Origin: Octopus vulgaris
Taxonomy: Eukaryota
Length of the DNA stretch: 64,000 nt
Direction: 5' to 3'
NCBI GenBank assembly: GCA_951406725.2
Contig: OX597815.1
Span: 149,854,001 to 149,918,000, forward strand
Shown: piece by piece, positions 14,101 through 27,104 of the stretch
Layout: the number at the start of each line of letters is the position of its first letter
Numbering within the stretch: the stretch's first letter is position 1
Notes under the pieces: generated by a model
What the model saw: only the letters and a program-made list of their open reading frames with translations
Database searches by the model: none
What the model was told of the DNA's origin: nothing
Translations under genes and position numbers: made by a program

Positions 14101-15060
14101 AGGCCACCCCGTCTGTTGACTGTGGTGGTCTTGCATAGTGGTGGTCAGGGTTCCATCTCTGTGCTTGGTGTAGCCAGGTTAGCTGCCGGACAATTCTTTC
14201 TGCCATGCATAAAAAAGACTCTTGCTCAGCTGCTGCGTTGTGCAGAACATCTGAGGAGCGCACTTCGTTTTTGAAAGTTTTACTGGGAGACATTTCTTGT
14301 GTTCCCTCAGTAAAGTTTTTCTCTTTGAGTCCCCTGTAGTTCTGGCGGGGTGTCGGGTGGGCGAACCGGCAGTTTTTGCCGTCCTCACCATGCCAACATT
14401 TGCCCGGCAGGTAGAACTTACAGGTTCTTCGGTGCCTTCCAGATTTCTTCTTTCCTGAAGTGTACTGGGTGGCATTGGATCCTCCATGGGGTTCTCTGCT
14501 GTTTGTATGGTGGGTTGGGGTTTCAGCTTTGGTTGTTTTGCCTTTTCCTCCTTTTTCCTCCTTATTTTTGTTTTCGGTTCTTCCTTTTTTCTTCTGTTTT
14601 TCTAATTTTTCTAACTTTTTATTTCTTCGTAGGACCACTGCTATAGAGGGGCTTCCGGTTTCTGCTCCTTTGGCTCCCCTATCCTTCACTACTTGGTCGT
14701 TCACCGGGGTAGGTGATCCATTTTCCTCAGGAACCCCTGGATCACAGAGACTTCCGGCTTCCTTCTCTTTTTCGTCCTCTTCATCCCCATCAGATTTTCC
14801 ACAATAATTTTCAATTATGTTCAGTGTTTTGATGTGTGGTCTTATAAGCATGTAAGACCGGATAAACTCATTATTCTTCCGCTCTATCTTGTCAATGGCT
14901 CTATGAAAACCATTGTTTTTTAGCTCAGCAGTGATGATGTTGTTCGGCGGATCGCCACTAGTAATCTTCCATGCTCTCAGCAGAAGATTTAACTCTTTCT
15001 TTTCCCACTTTGGTGCTATCTTCGTTTTGAGGTCCAGAAGAGGAATAGAGGCTAGAGAGG
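11111..15060 (-). mobile_element. Degenerate, near full-length CR1-like LINE (element A): ORF1-like region, APE endonuclease, reverse transcriptase, 3' hairpin tail
   Basis: Fragmented minus-strand ORFs give ILLLNIGSL..CIALVETHL (APE), PTRANNILDL..SDH, SAAGPDG, VPQGTVFRPLLF, YADG (mutated YADD), LDYCSQLWSP and LYSLERRRE. Many frameshifts and stops. The 3' end GGCGGTGCATCAGCATGGCCGCAGCTCTGAGCTGAAACTAGAAAAAAAAGA abuts (TA)n. Confidence 0.93.
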
Positions 15061-15097
15061 TAATGAGGGATAGAGAGAGGTAGAGACGGAGAAACAC
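13751..15097 (-). pseudogene. Element A ORF: Myb/SANT-like N-terminus, CCCH zinc finger, running in frame into the N-half of the APE endonuclease
   Basis: KWEKKELNLLLRAW...ITAELKNNGFHRAIDKIERK; CKFYLPGKCWHGEDGKNCRFAH; then LLLNIGSL...ETHL...RTDK...GVAVYIR. The first ~20 codons come from low-complexity sequence. Confidence 0.8.
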
Positions 15098-15495
15098 AGA
15101 GGGGGAAAATAGGGAAAGAGAGAGGTGCTATGAAAGAAATCGAGAGGGTGATAGGAGGAAAGCAAGGGGGTGTGGTGTGTTAAAATGATAGAGGAAGGTA
15201 GGGGAGGGGAAGAGGAATGGAATAGAAGGAGAGACAGAGTGAAGGAGAGGAGGGGAAGAGAAAGAGAAAGAGAGGGGAGGAGAGGATAGCAAGAGAAAGA
15301 GAGACAGAGTGAAGGAGAGACAGAATGAAGGATGTGAGAGAGAGGGAGAGACAGTGAGAAGAATGGGCGGATGAAAAGTATATGAGAGAGAGGGTGAGGT
15401 GACGAGAGGAGAGGTAGATGTAAGATGGAAAGGAAAGAGAAATGAGAGAAGAGGAGGATATGAAAGGGAGGAGGGGAGATTAGAAAAAGAGTAAG
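15060..15495 (+). repeat. Purine-rich (GA) low-complexity tract at the 5' end of LINE A
   Basis: Near-exclusive G/A composition with repeated GAGACAGAGTGAAGGAGAG. Confidence 0.85.
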
Positions 15496-15499
15496 ATAT

Positions 15500-15838
15500 G
15501 TAACTGAGATGTAAGCTTAAAAATTTAATAAACAAACAATCGTAACTAAGATGTTAGCCTAAAAAGTTTAATAAACAAACAATCGTAACTGAGATGTTAG
15601 CTTAAAAATTAATAAACAAACAATCGTAACTGAGATGTTAGCTTTAATAATTAATAAACAAACAATCGTATCTGAGATATTAGCTTAAAAAATTAATAAA
15701 CAAACAATCGTAACTGAGATGTTAGCCTAAAAAATTAATAAACAAACGATCGTAACTGAGATGTTAGCTTAAAAAATTAATAAACAAACAATCGTATCTG
15801 AGATGTTGAGTAAAAAAATTAATAAACAGACAATTGCA
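15500..15838. repeat. Minisatellite, ~42-bp unit x8
   Basis: Unit GTAACTGAGATGTTAGCTTAAAAAATTAATAAACAAACAATC. Confidence 0.93.
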
Positions 15839-16247
15839 TGCGATACTTATCTTGAAAGGTACAGTCCAAACTCTCGTGCTTGTACGAAGAAATATTCTTT
15901 CACAACAGAAAGACTTTCCACCATGTGCTTTTCGGCGAAGATTCTAGCATGCGTAACCAAATTTACTGTCTTATATTTGCTTCAAGCGAAATATATTACG
16001 TTTATAATTATTATATTTTCAATTGATGTATTTTAGTGGAATTTATGAGTTAACAAGTTCTACTTTTTGCCACTTTTAGTAGAATATTTCGTCAATTTAT
16101 GCAAACATGTGTTTTTTCACAGAGCAAAAGCAAACACGTCTTTCCTCTACGAAAACCGGAAATATATATATATATATATATTCATATATATACATTTATA
16201 TATATATATAAACATATATATATACATATAAATATATATACATGCAC

Positions 16248-16369
<122 letters not shown>

Positions 16370-16562
16370 GGGAGAATTCACAAAAAAATACAAAAGACGA
16401 AGTCAGGCGGTGTAGACAAAATACAGATGTATTAGCTTAACGCTCGGGAAGAGAAAAAAGTATTTACCAATTCGAGCCTACACTCCTCCACAGAACGAGA
16501 CAAGGAGAGGTGAGAGGAGACTGGAACAACGGGTGCAAACACGTGAGCGTGTAATATATGGG

Positions 16563-16818
16563 GAATTGCCGCGCGGATGGTGTGTATAAGCCATTTAAAA
16601 ACAGACTAACCGTGAGAATCACTTCAACATTTAAATTTAATTTGTCAAAATATTTTCGTCGCTTTTAGACCGTGACATGGTCACTGACAGGAATTTTGTC
16701 TGTCGCGGTCTCAAAAGCGACGAAAATATTTTGAGAAATTATATCTAAATGTTGAAGAGAATCTAACGGTTTTTGTGTGTTTTTAATTGATTTATAAACA
16801 CCTTCCAAGCTGCAATTG
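16563..16818. repeat. Imperfect inverted repeat, ~115-bp arms
   Basis: TCAAAATATTTTCGTCGCTTTT / AAAAGCGACGAAAATATTTTGA; CTTCAACATTTA / TAAATGTTGAAG. Confidence 0.88.
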
Positions 16819-16875
16819 TTTTAGTTTCATCACATAATCTGAGATCAGGTCACTTGCTATGCAAGTACATTTCCG

Positions 16876-16909
<34 letters not shown>

Positions 16910-16936
16910 GGGGTGTTTGTGTGTGTGCGTGTATGT

Positions 16937-16980
<44 letters not shown>

Positions 16981-16992
16981 GTATGTGTGTGC

Positions 16993-17023
<31 letters not shown>

Positions 17024-18189
17024 CGTGTGTGTGTGTCTATACATATGTGTGTGAGTATCTTGCACACATCCATGCATACAGAATAATACAAAGAAATATT
17101 GATATAGATTCATACTTTATGTTAGATATTTAAGATTATAAGACTCATTTCAGATTACAGGTGGCTTTTGTACAGTAACACGTGTAATTTTGAGATCTGA
17201 AATTCTGTGCATGCATACAAATTATGTTGCTTACCTGTTTAATATATGTACAGAACCTATTCTATAATATTATGTTTCTCTCAATGTCGAACCCAACATG
17301 ACATTGTCAGAATTCATAAATCAATAGATATGTCAGTGAATGTTTGTGCGACTAGCTAAGTAATTCAAATGAACAAACAATACACATTATATGTAAATAG
17401 ATGGTTTTGTCATATTTAGCAAAAGATGCTGACTAATCAACTGAATGAGACTCAGTGTAGCTATGCATATATCATAAATTTTATTCGGTATGATGTGTAT
17501 GTGTGTGTGTGTGCGTATGTGTGTATGTGTGTGTGTGTGCGCGCGTGTGTGTGTGTGTGTGTGTGAAGAAGGTTGAAATGGAACACAAGAATTGGTATGT
17601 ATAAGGAAAATAAGACAAGGTAGAAAATGCTAAAATAATTTTATCACGAATAAAATTTTTGTACCTGTTTCATTCTTTGCAACTTTTTCAACGAAGAATA
17701 AAGCATGATAAACAATTAGATTATGGAAAAGTTAAGACAAATATTTTTTTAATATTTCCGTATACGGTGGCCATGCTGTATTATCGCCTGAAAGCGTTTT
17801 TTTAGTCGAAGAAATCGACCTCAGGACTTATTCTTTATAAGCGTAGTACTTATTCAATCAGGTTCTTTTGTCGCGTTGCTAAGTTACGAGGACGAAAACA
17901 CAAACATCTCTTGTAAAGCTATAGTGGGGGACAAACATAGACAAAAATATGCACATACGTACATACCTTCATACATACCTACATGCATACATGCATACAC
18001 ACATACATACACACACATACATACATACATACTCACATATATACATACACACATACATATATACATACATACATACATACATACATACATACATACATAC
18101 ATACATACATACATACATACATACATACATACATACATACATACATACATACATACATACATACATACATACATACATGAATAAACTGT

Positions 18190-18530
18190 CGTCTAAATTA
18201 CTCGAAAATTAAAATAACTATGACAACTCACTTTAATAGATATATTTACTAAAATTACATAAAAATATCTTTAAATACTGAAGAGTAAATTTATTCAATA
18301 AAATCGGCATTTGCTGCAACCACGGCCTCCAGAAGACTTCAAAATATCTTGCAAGTCTTGTAAACGGTCTCCTTGCTTAAGTTGGTTAATGCTGCCATAA
18401 TCCATGCCTTCGATTCATCTTTGATGCTACAAGGTTGTTGATCTCTCGCTCACCTGCGCCCCACACATAATTTTCAAGGGGGTTGCAGTCTGGGGAGTTA
18501 GATGACCGGTGCCCAAATGTCCATACTATA
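18190..18530 (-). mobile_element. Tc1/mariner transposase C-terminal relic (DD37D/maT-like)
   Basis: Translates SNSPDCNP..NYVWGA.ERE...LLEAVVAANADFIE*. Confidence 0.75.
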
Positions 18531-18617
18531 CCGTGTAATCGCTAAAATCAGAAACAAGCAATGCGCATACATGAAAATAACATTATTAAATGTGAACAGT
18601 TTACCCGTCACTTCTCC

Positions 18618-18666
<49 letters not shown>

Positions 18667-19151
18667 AGGGATTCTTGCAGTTTCCCTTCTACCAAATACA
18701 CTCACAAAGCTTTGGTGTCACGCAGTGGACGGGACTGAACACCGAACCATGTGGTTGGGAAGCAAAATTCTTACCACACAGCCACGCCTGTGTGTGATTG
18801 CGTGTTTGTATGCGTGTGTGAAAGTCTGGGTGTGTGCGTACTTATATTCAACCAGAGATGTGTACATATGAGTCTCTCTCTCTCTCTTCCTCCTTTTCTC
18901 TGGATGCATCTCACTCTCTCTCTCTCTATGTATATATATAGGTAAGCAGAGGTTAGCAGTTGTAGTAACCGACTAAGGGATAAAAATATCCGTATATACT
19001 ATGGGTATCTGTTAACTGTGCTATCCCTAGGCGTGGGTACGCAGGCACACTATGCTCATAGGGCACAGGTAACAACAGAGTAAACAAAAGTTTTCTCCAT
19101 TTTCTGATCATTTAAATATATATTCATATATACATATACATATAATATACA

Positions 19152-19213
<62 letters not shown>

Positions 19214-20039
19214 TACACATATATATATACTTATATACGTATATATATACATATATATGTGTGTATGTTTGTGTTTATGTGAGTGTGTATGTGCATATAT
19301 ATGCATGTGCATGCCTAGAGTTTTATTGCAGGTGGTACTCCACGTTTCACGTAACTGATCGTGAAAATGAGGTTTGATTGCCGGTTATATTCAGCTTGAA
19401 ATAATCCATTGTCTAGCTCGTCACCCTCAACATGACACCTTATATTATTCTACCTTTTTATTCTATTCCAATATTCCAATACTGTTTTCTCCGCCATGTT
19501 TACTCTTATTCAAAGACATCCATATGCGTATATATAAATGTTTTTTTTATATATATATACACTTGTTTGTATGCATAAGTATGTGTGTATAACTGAATAT
19601 AAGAATGTGTGCATGTAAATATACATGTCTACATGGAATATTACACTGCTGTAAGGAAACTAACGTCTAATATAATTTGCTTCTGAAATGCCATACGAAC
19701 GAGTGGAATTATTTCTATCCATTTATCTATACCTTCACTCCAACTAATACGTAAGGATCTGTATGAGTTGCAAACCAGTGAGAACGTAACCCAATTTATA
19801 TATTTGACACCTGTTAGGTGCTGCAAGGTGATTCATCAAAGGATTCTCAATATATTCATATCGAACATTGCCGTATGTAGCGCCGTTCGAGACTATATTA
19901 GTAAAATTAAATTGTAACAAATACTTGTATTGGAAAAGTAGTTCTTATATTTCAGTTGTTAATGTCTGCAGAGAGGCACACAAAGATAGGTCTGTGTATG
20001 CACACACGCCTGCACACACACACACACATGCATCGTAAC

Positions 20040-20420
20040 GTGGCACTCCGTCGGTTACGACGACGAGTGTTCCAGTTGATTCCATCAACAGCACAGCCTG
20101 CTCTTGAAATTAATGCACAAGTGGCTGAGCATTCCACAGACACGTGTACCATTAACGTAGTACTCGGGGGAGATTCAGCGTGACACAGAGTGTGACAAGT
20201 TTGGCCCTGTGAAACACAGGTAAACCAGAAACAGGATGAAAGAGTGAGAGGAAGTGGTAGTGAAAGAGTACAGCAGGGCCTGTCACCAGTCCCTGCCGGA
20301 GCCTCGTGGAGCTTTAGGTGTTTTCGCTCAATAAAATCTCACAACGCCCGGTCTGGGAATCGAAACTGCAATCCTACGACCGCGAGTATGCTGCCCTAAC
20401 CACTAGGCCATTGTGCCTTC
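20040..20420 (-). mobile_element. tRNA-derived SINE family 3 (tail variant b; degenerate copy at ~9595-9810)
   Basis: Same head and core as 2221-2518, different 3' half. Confidence 0.8.
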
Positions 20421-21642
20421 ACTCACATACACATACAGACACATACACACGCAAGCGCGCGCGCACACACACACACACACTCAATTACCTATACACCCAT
20501 TTAAAAAGCGCATCCGTTGCACGTTGTAAGAAGTTTGCTTTTCAACAACATGCTTCCATGTTTAGTTCCATTGCGTCGCATTTTGAGTAAGTAATATGGC
20601 CCTCGGGCCGCTCACAGCGTTATGAGACGGAAGCATAAAGAAACCTATTGTGTATATATAAATATATACCTGGTATGTCTGTGTGAGTGTCTTTATGTCT
20701 ACGATTATCACCGTAGTAGATATACAATCTTGTTAAGTTTACCTATTTCTCCCTGCATTGAAAAGATGATCAACAGCCTTCAGCGACGTTTCGACCCTTA
20801 TCCAGACTACATATGTCTTCTAGCTAGAAGAACATCGGAAGTGATAATTACTCAACGAGAGGAATCCCACTAGCTATTCATCAAGCCAAAGAGATCTTAA
20901 TTAAATGAAGGTAGCATTCTTCTCAAGGGATCCCGTGTTAATTCGCTGACATGATTTAAAATGAGTGGTGAAGTCGGGAAATGGAGTGAAAAAGCAAAAT
21001 AGAAAAACCCATATGGAGAAATAAACAGTTCTAAAATGGTCCATCGTTACCCGTGCCAAACCGAATAACGGTTATAACAACAAATTCTGTCTCTGCGTCG
21101 CAGAATTCTTCTATATTATGCAATGCAACGATTGGCTGAATGAATGGTGCAACCTAATACTTGATTGTAAACACAGGTTATTCTGAAGGTTCAAACAATA
21201 GCACCCTCCCCAATTATTCCCTAACTATTCCTCCACCACCGCTTGAAGCCCTTCTATATATTTATAACATACACCATTTTTAAGTAACTTTGTATATTCT
21301 TAACCTCGTGACTTTCCTATATCGTTTTCTCTACACATGAAATTATGCAGGCTCGTACGCGCACGTGCACACCTATAGGATACTACAGGCACAGAGAGAA
21401 AATACGCGCGTGCACGCGGATAGGAGAATATATACTTTTACAGTTAAGTGGTACGTCGCCAATTTACCTCGAGCTAATATGGTCCCCGAATGACTAATAT
21501 CGTTATCTCTCTTCTCCCTCTCTTCCTTTCTCTCTTTTACTAGCCTATCTCCCATTCCTAAGTGTTCTCTTACTTTTCTTCTGACAATTGTACTTCTAAA
21601 AATTCATCTCTTTTCTTTTGTTTGGTTCTGTTTAAATGTGAA

Positions 21643-21830
21643 CAGTAATCCCTCGACTATCGCGGGTGTTAAGTTTCAACCACCATCTCCCCACCCTCTC
21701 GTGATAGGTGAAAAGCCGCAAAATAGAAACAGTGCTGTAATGTATAATTTGTTTTAGCTCTTTTTATAATCTGTATATATTTATTTTATTATAAATGCAA
21801 AATAACACCGCGGAAAAACCGATGTATGCA
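21643..21830 (+). mobile_element. Possible pogo/Tigger-like MITE end
   Basis: Starts CAGTAATCCCTCGACTATCGCGG, resembling Tigger-type TIRs. No partner TIR found. Confidence 0.4.
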
Positions 21831-22002
21831 GAAATGTTAGCACGCCGGGCGAAATGTTTAGCTGTGTTTCGTCTGTCTTTACTTTATGAGTTCAAATTCC
21901 GTCGAGGTCGAATTTGAATACTATTTACAGAATGTTATTGCTACAACTGTAAGAAATGACATGCTTTAATGTGAGTCATCTTGCAACTTAATACAATAAC
22001 AA

Positions 22003-22036
22003 GAACCCGGCTTCTTATTCCTAGGGTATTTTTCGA

Positions 22037-22094
<58 letters not shown>

Positions 22095-22538
22095 GAGTGA
22101 GAGAGCAGTGCATGCCATCAAAGTGACACTGGGGTAAAATATACGAAGCCCAATATACCCATCATGACTACCCGTCTGATAAAGGTACACCAGGCACATG
22201 CATCACAACCATATGTGCGCGACATGGTGATCTCATATCAAGATAAACAGCACATGACCTTGCAGGTGGGGCCCAGTTAGAATTTTCTTCAGGTTGAGTA
22301 GCCCATCCCGCTCAAAAGGTCCCTGAATAAGGGTTGTTTAAGGATGTTGAAAGAAACACCCATGTTTCCAGAGGTGAATTATTCAAACCCCCAAAGAATC
22401 CCTCTCAACACATGGCTATGATGCTCCCCCACTACTTCTGCTCGTGATCAGAGATGCACATATCGCCAGCCACTAAGGGACATGCTCAACTGGTTAAGGT
22501 CAAACAACTGACAAGCAAATCTGTGGTATTGAGCAGAA

Positions 22539-22621
<83 letters not shown>

Positions 22622-22855
22622 TCACTGTCTGAATAATAATAATAATAATGATAATAATAATAATAACAACAACAACATCGAAAAATACCTTAGGAATGAG
22701 AACCCGGGTTCGAAATTTTCCCAAGACACATGATGAAGGCTGGAGGTTATATCAGCCAAAATGTTGTGTTAACAACAAACAAGAGGAGAGCACATATCTG
22801 TCAAATGCAAATAATGGAAATAATGCACATAATTCTTCATCTCTTAAATATAGAT
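22003..22855. repeat. Same family as 33370-33698: partial inverted repeat (22003-22040 / 22675-22712) enclosing the TAA-inserted element
   Basis: GGTATTTTTCGATGTT / AACATCGAAAAATACC; 22720-22855 is homologous to the reverse complement of 33335-33475. Confidence 0.8.
22095..22538 (-). mobile_element. ~445-bp non-coding element inserted into a (TAA)n array
   Basis: GC-richer unique block flanked on both sides by (TTA)n (22039-22094 and 22539-22617). Strand is inferred. Confidence 0.6.
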
Positions 22856-23644
22856 GATATGCATGTTATCAAAATTTGTATTGACGCCAACAGACCAGCA
22901 ACAGATCTCTGGTGACTTCCACTTTCAGCACTATATATCTATCGAGCTATTTTCGTAGGATGTGTTTTTCCGTTGCATTTATGGGGATATAGTTTAGATG
23001 GCACCTTCTCCGCGGTTATATGCAGATAATTTCTCCATATCTTTGCGTACAAAGAACATATAGAGTCGAAAAAATACTGTAACGAGTATATTTTCCCTAC
23101 CACTTTAAAAATTTCACCAATCAACCGTAATGAAATAATACTTTATTTCAGTGACTCAGGAAAAACTACAAATTAACGCTATCCCTTAATCGGATTCGAA
23201 ATCTCACAGTCAAAAGATATTTTTTTAATGCAGCAAATTTCTGAAGGAATTTTATAAAACTCATTCACTTTGTGTCAATTCTTCGTTCTTTTTTTAAACT
23301 GAACACTGGCAAATAGATCAAAGTTTTATTAATGTAGTTTTAGAAATGTAGCAGATAAAAGTATTTAATAGCGGCGATCAAATACGTTGCAAGAGTTTAT
23401 TGTACAGAAACTTGTATTTGCATTTATGCTTATTTTTATATCAAGTTATATATAAGTTGATGTTAGACTGAAGGATTGTTCAATACTTTTTTGATAAGTA
23501 TATATTTATATATTTGCATTAAAGTTTTACAATGACAAGCTGAAAGTGAATCCGATTTGACCACTTTTGCAGATAGTATGACATAGGCGAGCAAGGCAAC
23601 ACTTTAAATTGGTCGACAAAGATTCCCTTTTAAGGTAAGCAAGA

Positions 23645-23683
<39 letters not shown>

Positions 23684-23755
23684 TATTTGTGTGTGTGTGC
23701 GTTTAAGCATATGTGCTTTATTGCAAAGGCAACCGGTATTGATATGTGTGAATGC

Positions 23756-23985
23756 GGCGAGCTGGCAGAAACGTTAGCACTCCGGGCGAAATGCGTAGCC
23801 GTAATTCGTCTGCCGTTGCGTTCTGAGTTCAAATTCTGCCGAGGTCGACTTAGCCTTTCATCCTTTCGGGTTCGAAAAATTAAGTACCGGTTACGCACTG
23901 GGGTCGCTATAATCGACTTAATCCGTTTGTCTGTCCTTGTTTGTCCTCTCTGTGTTTAGCCCCTTGTAGGTAGTAAAGAAATAGA
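23756..23985 (+). mobile_element. tRNA-derived SINE family 2 with a Meta/MESC-like core
   Basis: Head GGCGAGCTGGCAGAAACGTTAGC...GAGTTCAAATTC; core GCCTTTCATCCTTTCGGG.TCGA.AAATTAAGTACC. Partial copies at ~1978-2127, 21830-21915, 25445-25560, 36975-37130. Confidence 0.85.
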
Positions 23986-25154
23986 TATTGATCTGTGTGT
24001 GTTTCTGTGCTCTGGCCGTTCGCTAATTAAGAACACGAGAGAATAAGGAACAGTACGTAAATAACAAGCGATAGATTAAAAGCTTCCATCACGTTGCTTC
24101 AGCATTGTGATTGTGCACTGATTGAAACAATTAAAGTAGCAAACGATTTCCCTTAAAAAAATTAGCCCTTCCTCATTTCTTCTTAAAGTTTAGACTCATT
24201 TTTCATTGTCTTGAGATATCTTAATTTCTTTGTTTATAGAATTTTTCATACCGAAAATATCAGATATACAATTTTAAAGCATGTAAATGGTTTTAGAGAG
24301 CCCTGTATTGACTGCAAACAGTCGGTATTAGCAAAGGTATTAATGTGCTTAATATTATTTCGCCACTACACTGCAATCATGTTTAATTGTTTTCCCTGCA
24401 TGGATATGGAGCTTATATCATTTGAAGATTCAGCAACGAGCTCATTTTGAGGAAGTAATTGCATATAAGTTTAGTCGTTTATATCCTTGAATTGCTCAGT
24501 AGAGCCATTGCTTGGACTATGGGTATCGACATGGCGGCATTAATTACAGGCTTGCGTCCTTTAACATATTGGAAATGGGAATTGCGCAAGCTGCAGAGGT
24601 ATGGTTTGAATTGAAGATATCCTGGACATCTTGCCATTAGAAACCTGGGGTGGGATGTACACCAAGTAAATAAGTTATTGTGAAATTGAGATAAAAGAGA
24701 AAGCAGTTAAAAGGTGTAATAGCTGGTTAGAATAGTTACTTAAATCAGTGTTTAATCAATATATCCCGGAATATAATAGAATGGGAGGAGGATGGAAGAT
24801 ACAGTCAAGAGAAATCAATACCAAACCTGTGTAAAATGTTTCCCACGTGATAAGGAATAAAATCATGGCATATTAACAATGCTATTTAAATCTACGAAAG
24901 TAAAACCCCTTCGATAAATAAACTATTGAATGTGCTGATGTTTTAACAGATCAACGAACGCATATTCCAAAACATTTATATCTGTAAAAAAAATATACTT
25001 ACAAGGGAAGGTGTTTAGCCGCTACTCTCAGGCGAATGTGACTTGGTAGTTTCCATTAAGATTCCACTAATTGTTTTAGGCAACATGAAAAATCTGGTCA
25101 ATGCTGAGAATCACGCCGGACTAAACATAAAGCTAAATTGTCAGTTTAATCATT

Positions 25155-25425
25155 TTACTCAATAAAATCCCCATAAGCATGAATAACTATCTCAACGCGT
25201 CAGTCAAAATCGGTTACAAGCTCAGATTAAGTGGTCTTTGTTCGTATCGGACTTTATTCGAACTATGGCGGCTTTCAAAGAATCTTTGGTGCTATAGAGG
25301 TGTTCAGAGATTTTTTTCGTCAACGATGCTCCATACATAGTATTCAAATGGATTAAGATCTGGAGAATTAGGAGGCCAAATTTTGGGGGAGATGTGAACA
25401 TGCAAATTGTCAGCCATCCGTTCTT
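25155..25425 (-). mobile_element. Tc1/mariner transposase C-terminal relic (DD37D/maT-like)
   Basis: Translates IWPPNSPDLNPFEYYVWSIV...TKDSLKAAIVR...GDFIE*. Confidence 0.8.
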
Positions 25426-26051
25426 GTGTCTAATGCTTAACATTATTTAGCATCTGTTTACGTTCTGATTTCAAATTTCACCGCGGTCGACTTTGTTTTT
25501 CATCCTTTCGAAGGTCGATCAAATAAGTACCAGTTGAGTACTGGGGCCGACGACATTGATCTAAAACCTACACTCGATATGCTAGCCTTCTATCGAAATA
25601 GGAAACGAAGATGATAAATTTGTTTCGTAAGCCTCCATCTTAACGACAACAAGCATCCTGTTCATCCATGAAGTAAATTATTTAGACCCCAATTAACATG
25701 AAGTGATTAAGCATTCCAGAGAAACGGACACCACTCCCTTACGCAACCCGTGATTCTCAAATACAATCAACGATATCATATTTTGCATATGGCTACAACC
25801 CTCACAACAGTCTTCTATACACTTTTATCATACAATTTCCCTATCATCATATAACAAGATTAATTCAAGAACATTATGTGTGCTAAGAGAATTTTCTAAG
25901 CGATTCATAAGATGAAAACTGCTAAAATGTAGCAGACTTCTTAAATATAATTCTCAATAAAGCTGGGAAAATGGAAAAGATAAAAAGCAAGGAATTCCTT
26001 AGAAAGCCACCTGTTGAAACGCAATATATATATATATATATGCGTGTGCAT

Positions 26052-26124
<73 letters not shown>

Positions 26125-26927
26125 TGTGTGTGTGAGTGTGTAGTGTGATTCACCTGGCTGGATATACATCGGAAAGTCCATAGAGTTTATACAAGCAGAC
26201 AAACGATACATAACCTGCACGTGCATTGCGTTTTACGCTTGGATGGAAGATTTTGATTACACAACTTCTCATCTGTGTTCTGAAGATGTACGAATTTGTT
26301 GAAAATATTGTAGTGATTTATAAATAAAGAATGCCGTTAATTCCTTTTACTATCATCTGTCAATATATTCGATTTATATGTAAGTATGTATGTACGTATG
26401 TATGTACCCACCTTCTCCCTTCCCCTTCTCCCTTCATCATCACCTCTCCATCGTAACCTTATCCCCCACACAACCCAAACCCATCCCTATCCCTACGTCT
26501 AACCCACCCTCTGCCTACCCACATACCTCACCTCTAACCCCACCCTCAGCCTAATCCACACCCCACCCTTCCTTTCCGCAGTCTTGCCTCTCCCACCTTC
26601 CAACACCATCATACCACACCACACACAATTACACCATATCACACAACACCACGTCACATCACATCACCACGCACACACTAGCACTGACCACTTCCCAGCC
26701 CCACATCGACACACACACGCACACGTCAAAGTCACCAGCCCCCTTCTACACGCACATAATTGCTCTCCTTACACACGCACGCACACCTTTGTTTTGGGAT
26801 CGCAACTACTATATTATATCCCCTTCTTCCTAGCTCTCCTGTGTGAACCCCTCTATCCAGCATTCGCCATGATAGATCGCTAGCCACTACACATTTTTAT
26901 TTTCTCAGCTCGATTCTCTCTGTGTTC

Positions 26928-26963
26928 CTTTCTGTGGAAGAGCATAGGCTCGAAACGTTAAAG
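26928..26963 (+). ncRNA. Degenerate minimal hammerhead motif
   Basis: CTTT-CTGTGGA-A-GAGC(ATAG)GCTC-GAAAC-GTT-AAAG; one core mismatch. Confidence 0.5.
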
Positions 26964-27104
26964 ACTTTTTCACTCCCGAGCGTTAAGCTAGTACATCTGT
27001 TCGTTGTCAACACCACCTATCCTCTCTTTGTTATTTTGTTTTTTAAGTTCCAGATTCGGTGATTTTGCGAATAAGGGGTTCAAAGTTGGTCAAATGTCAG
27101 CCTG

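Noticed and set aside
15500-15838. Possible CRISPR-like array
   Set aside because: Units are contiguous with no unique spacers, and the context is eukaryotic.
23573-23634. Exon candidate with a strong AAG|GTAAGC donor
   Set aside because: Stop codons in all three frames from the nearest acceptor.
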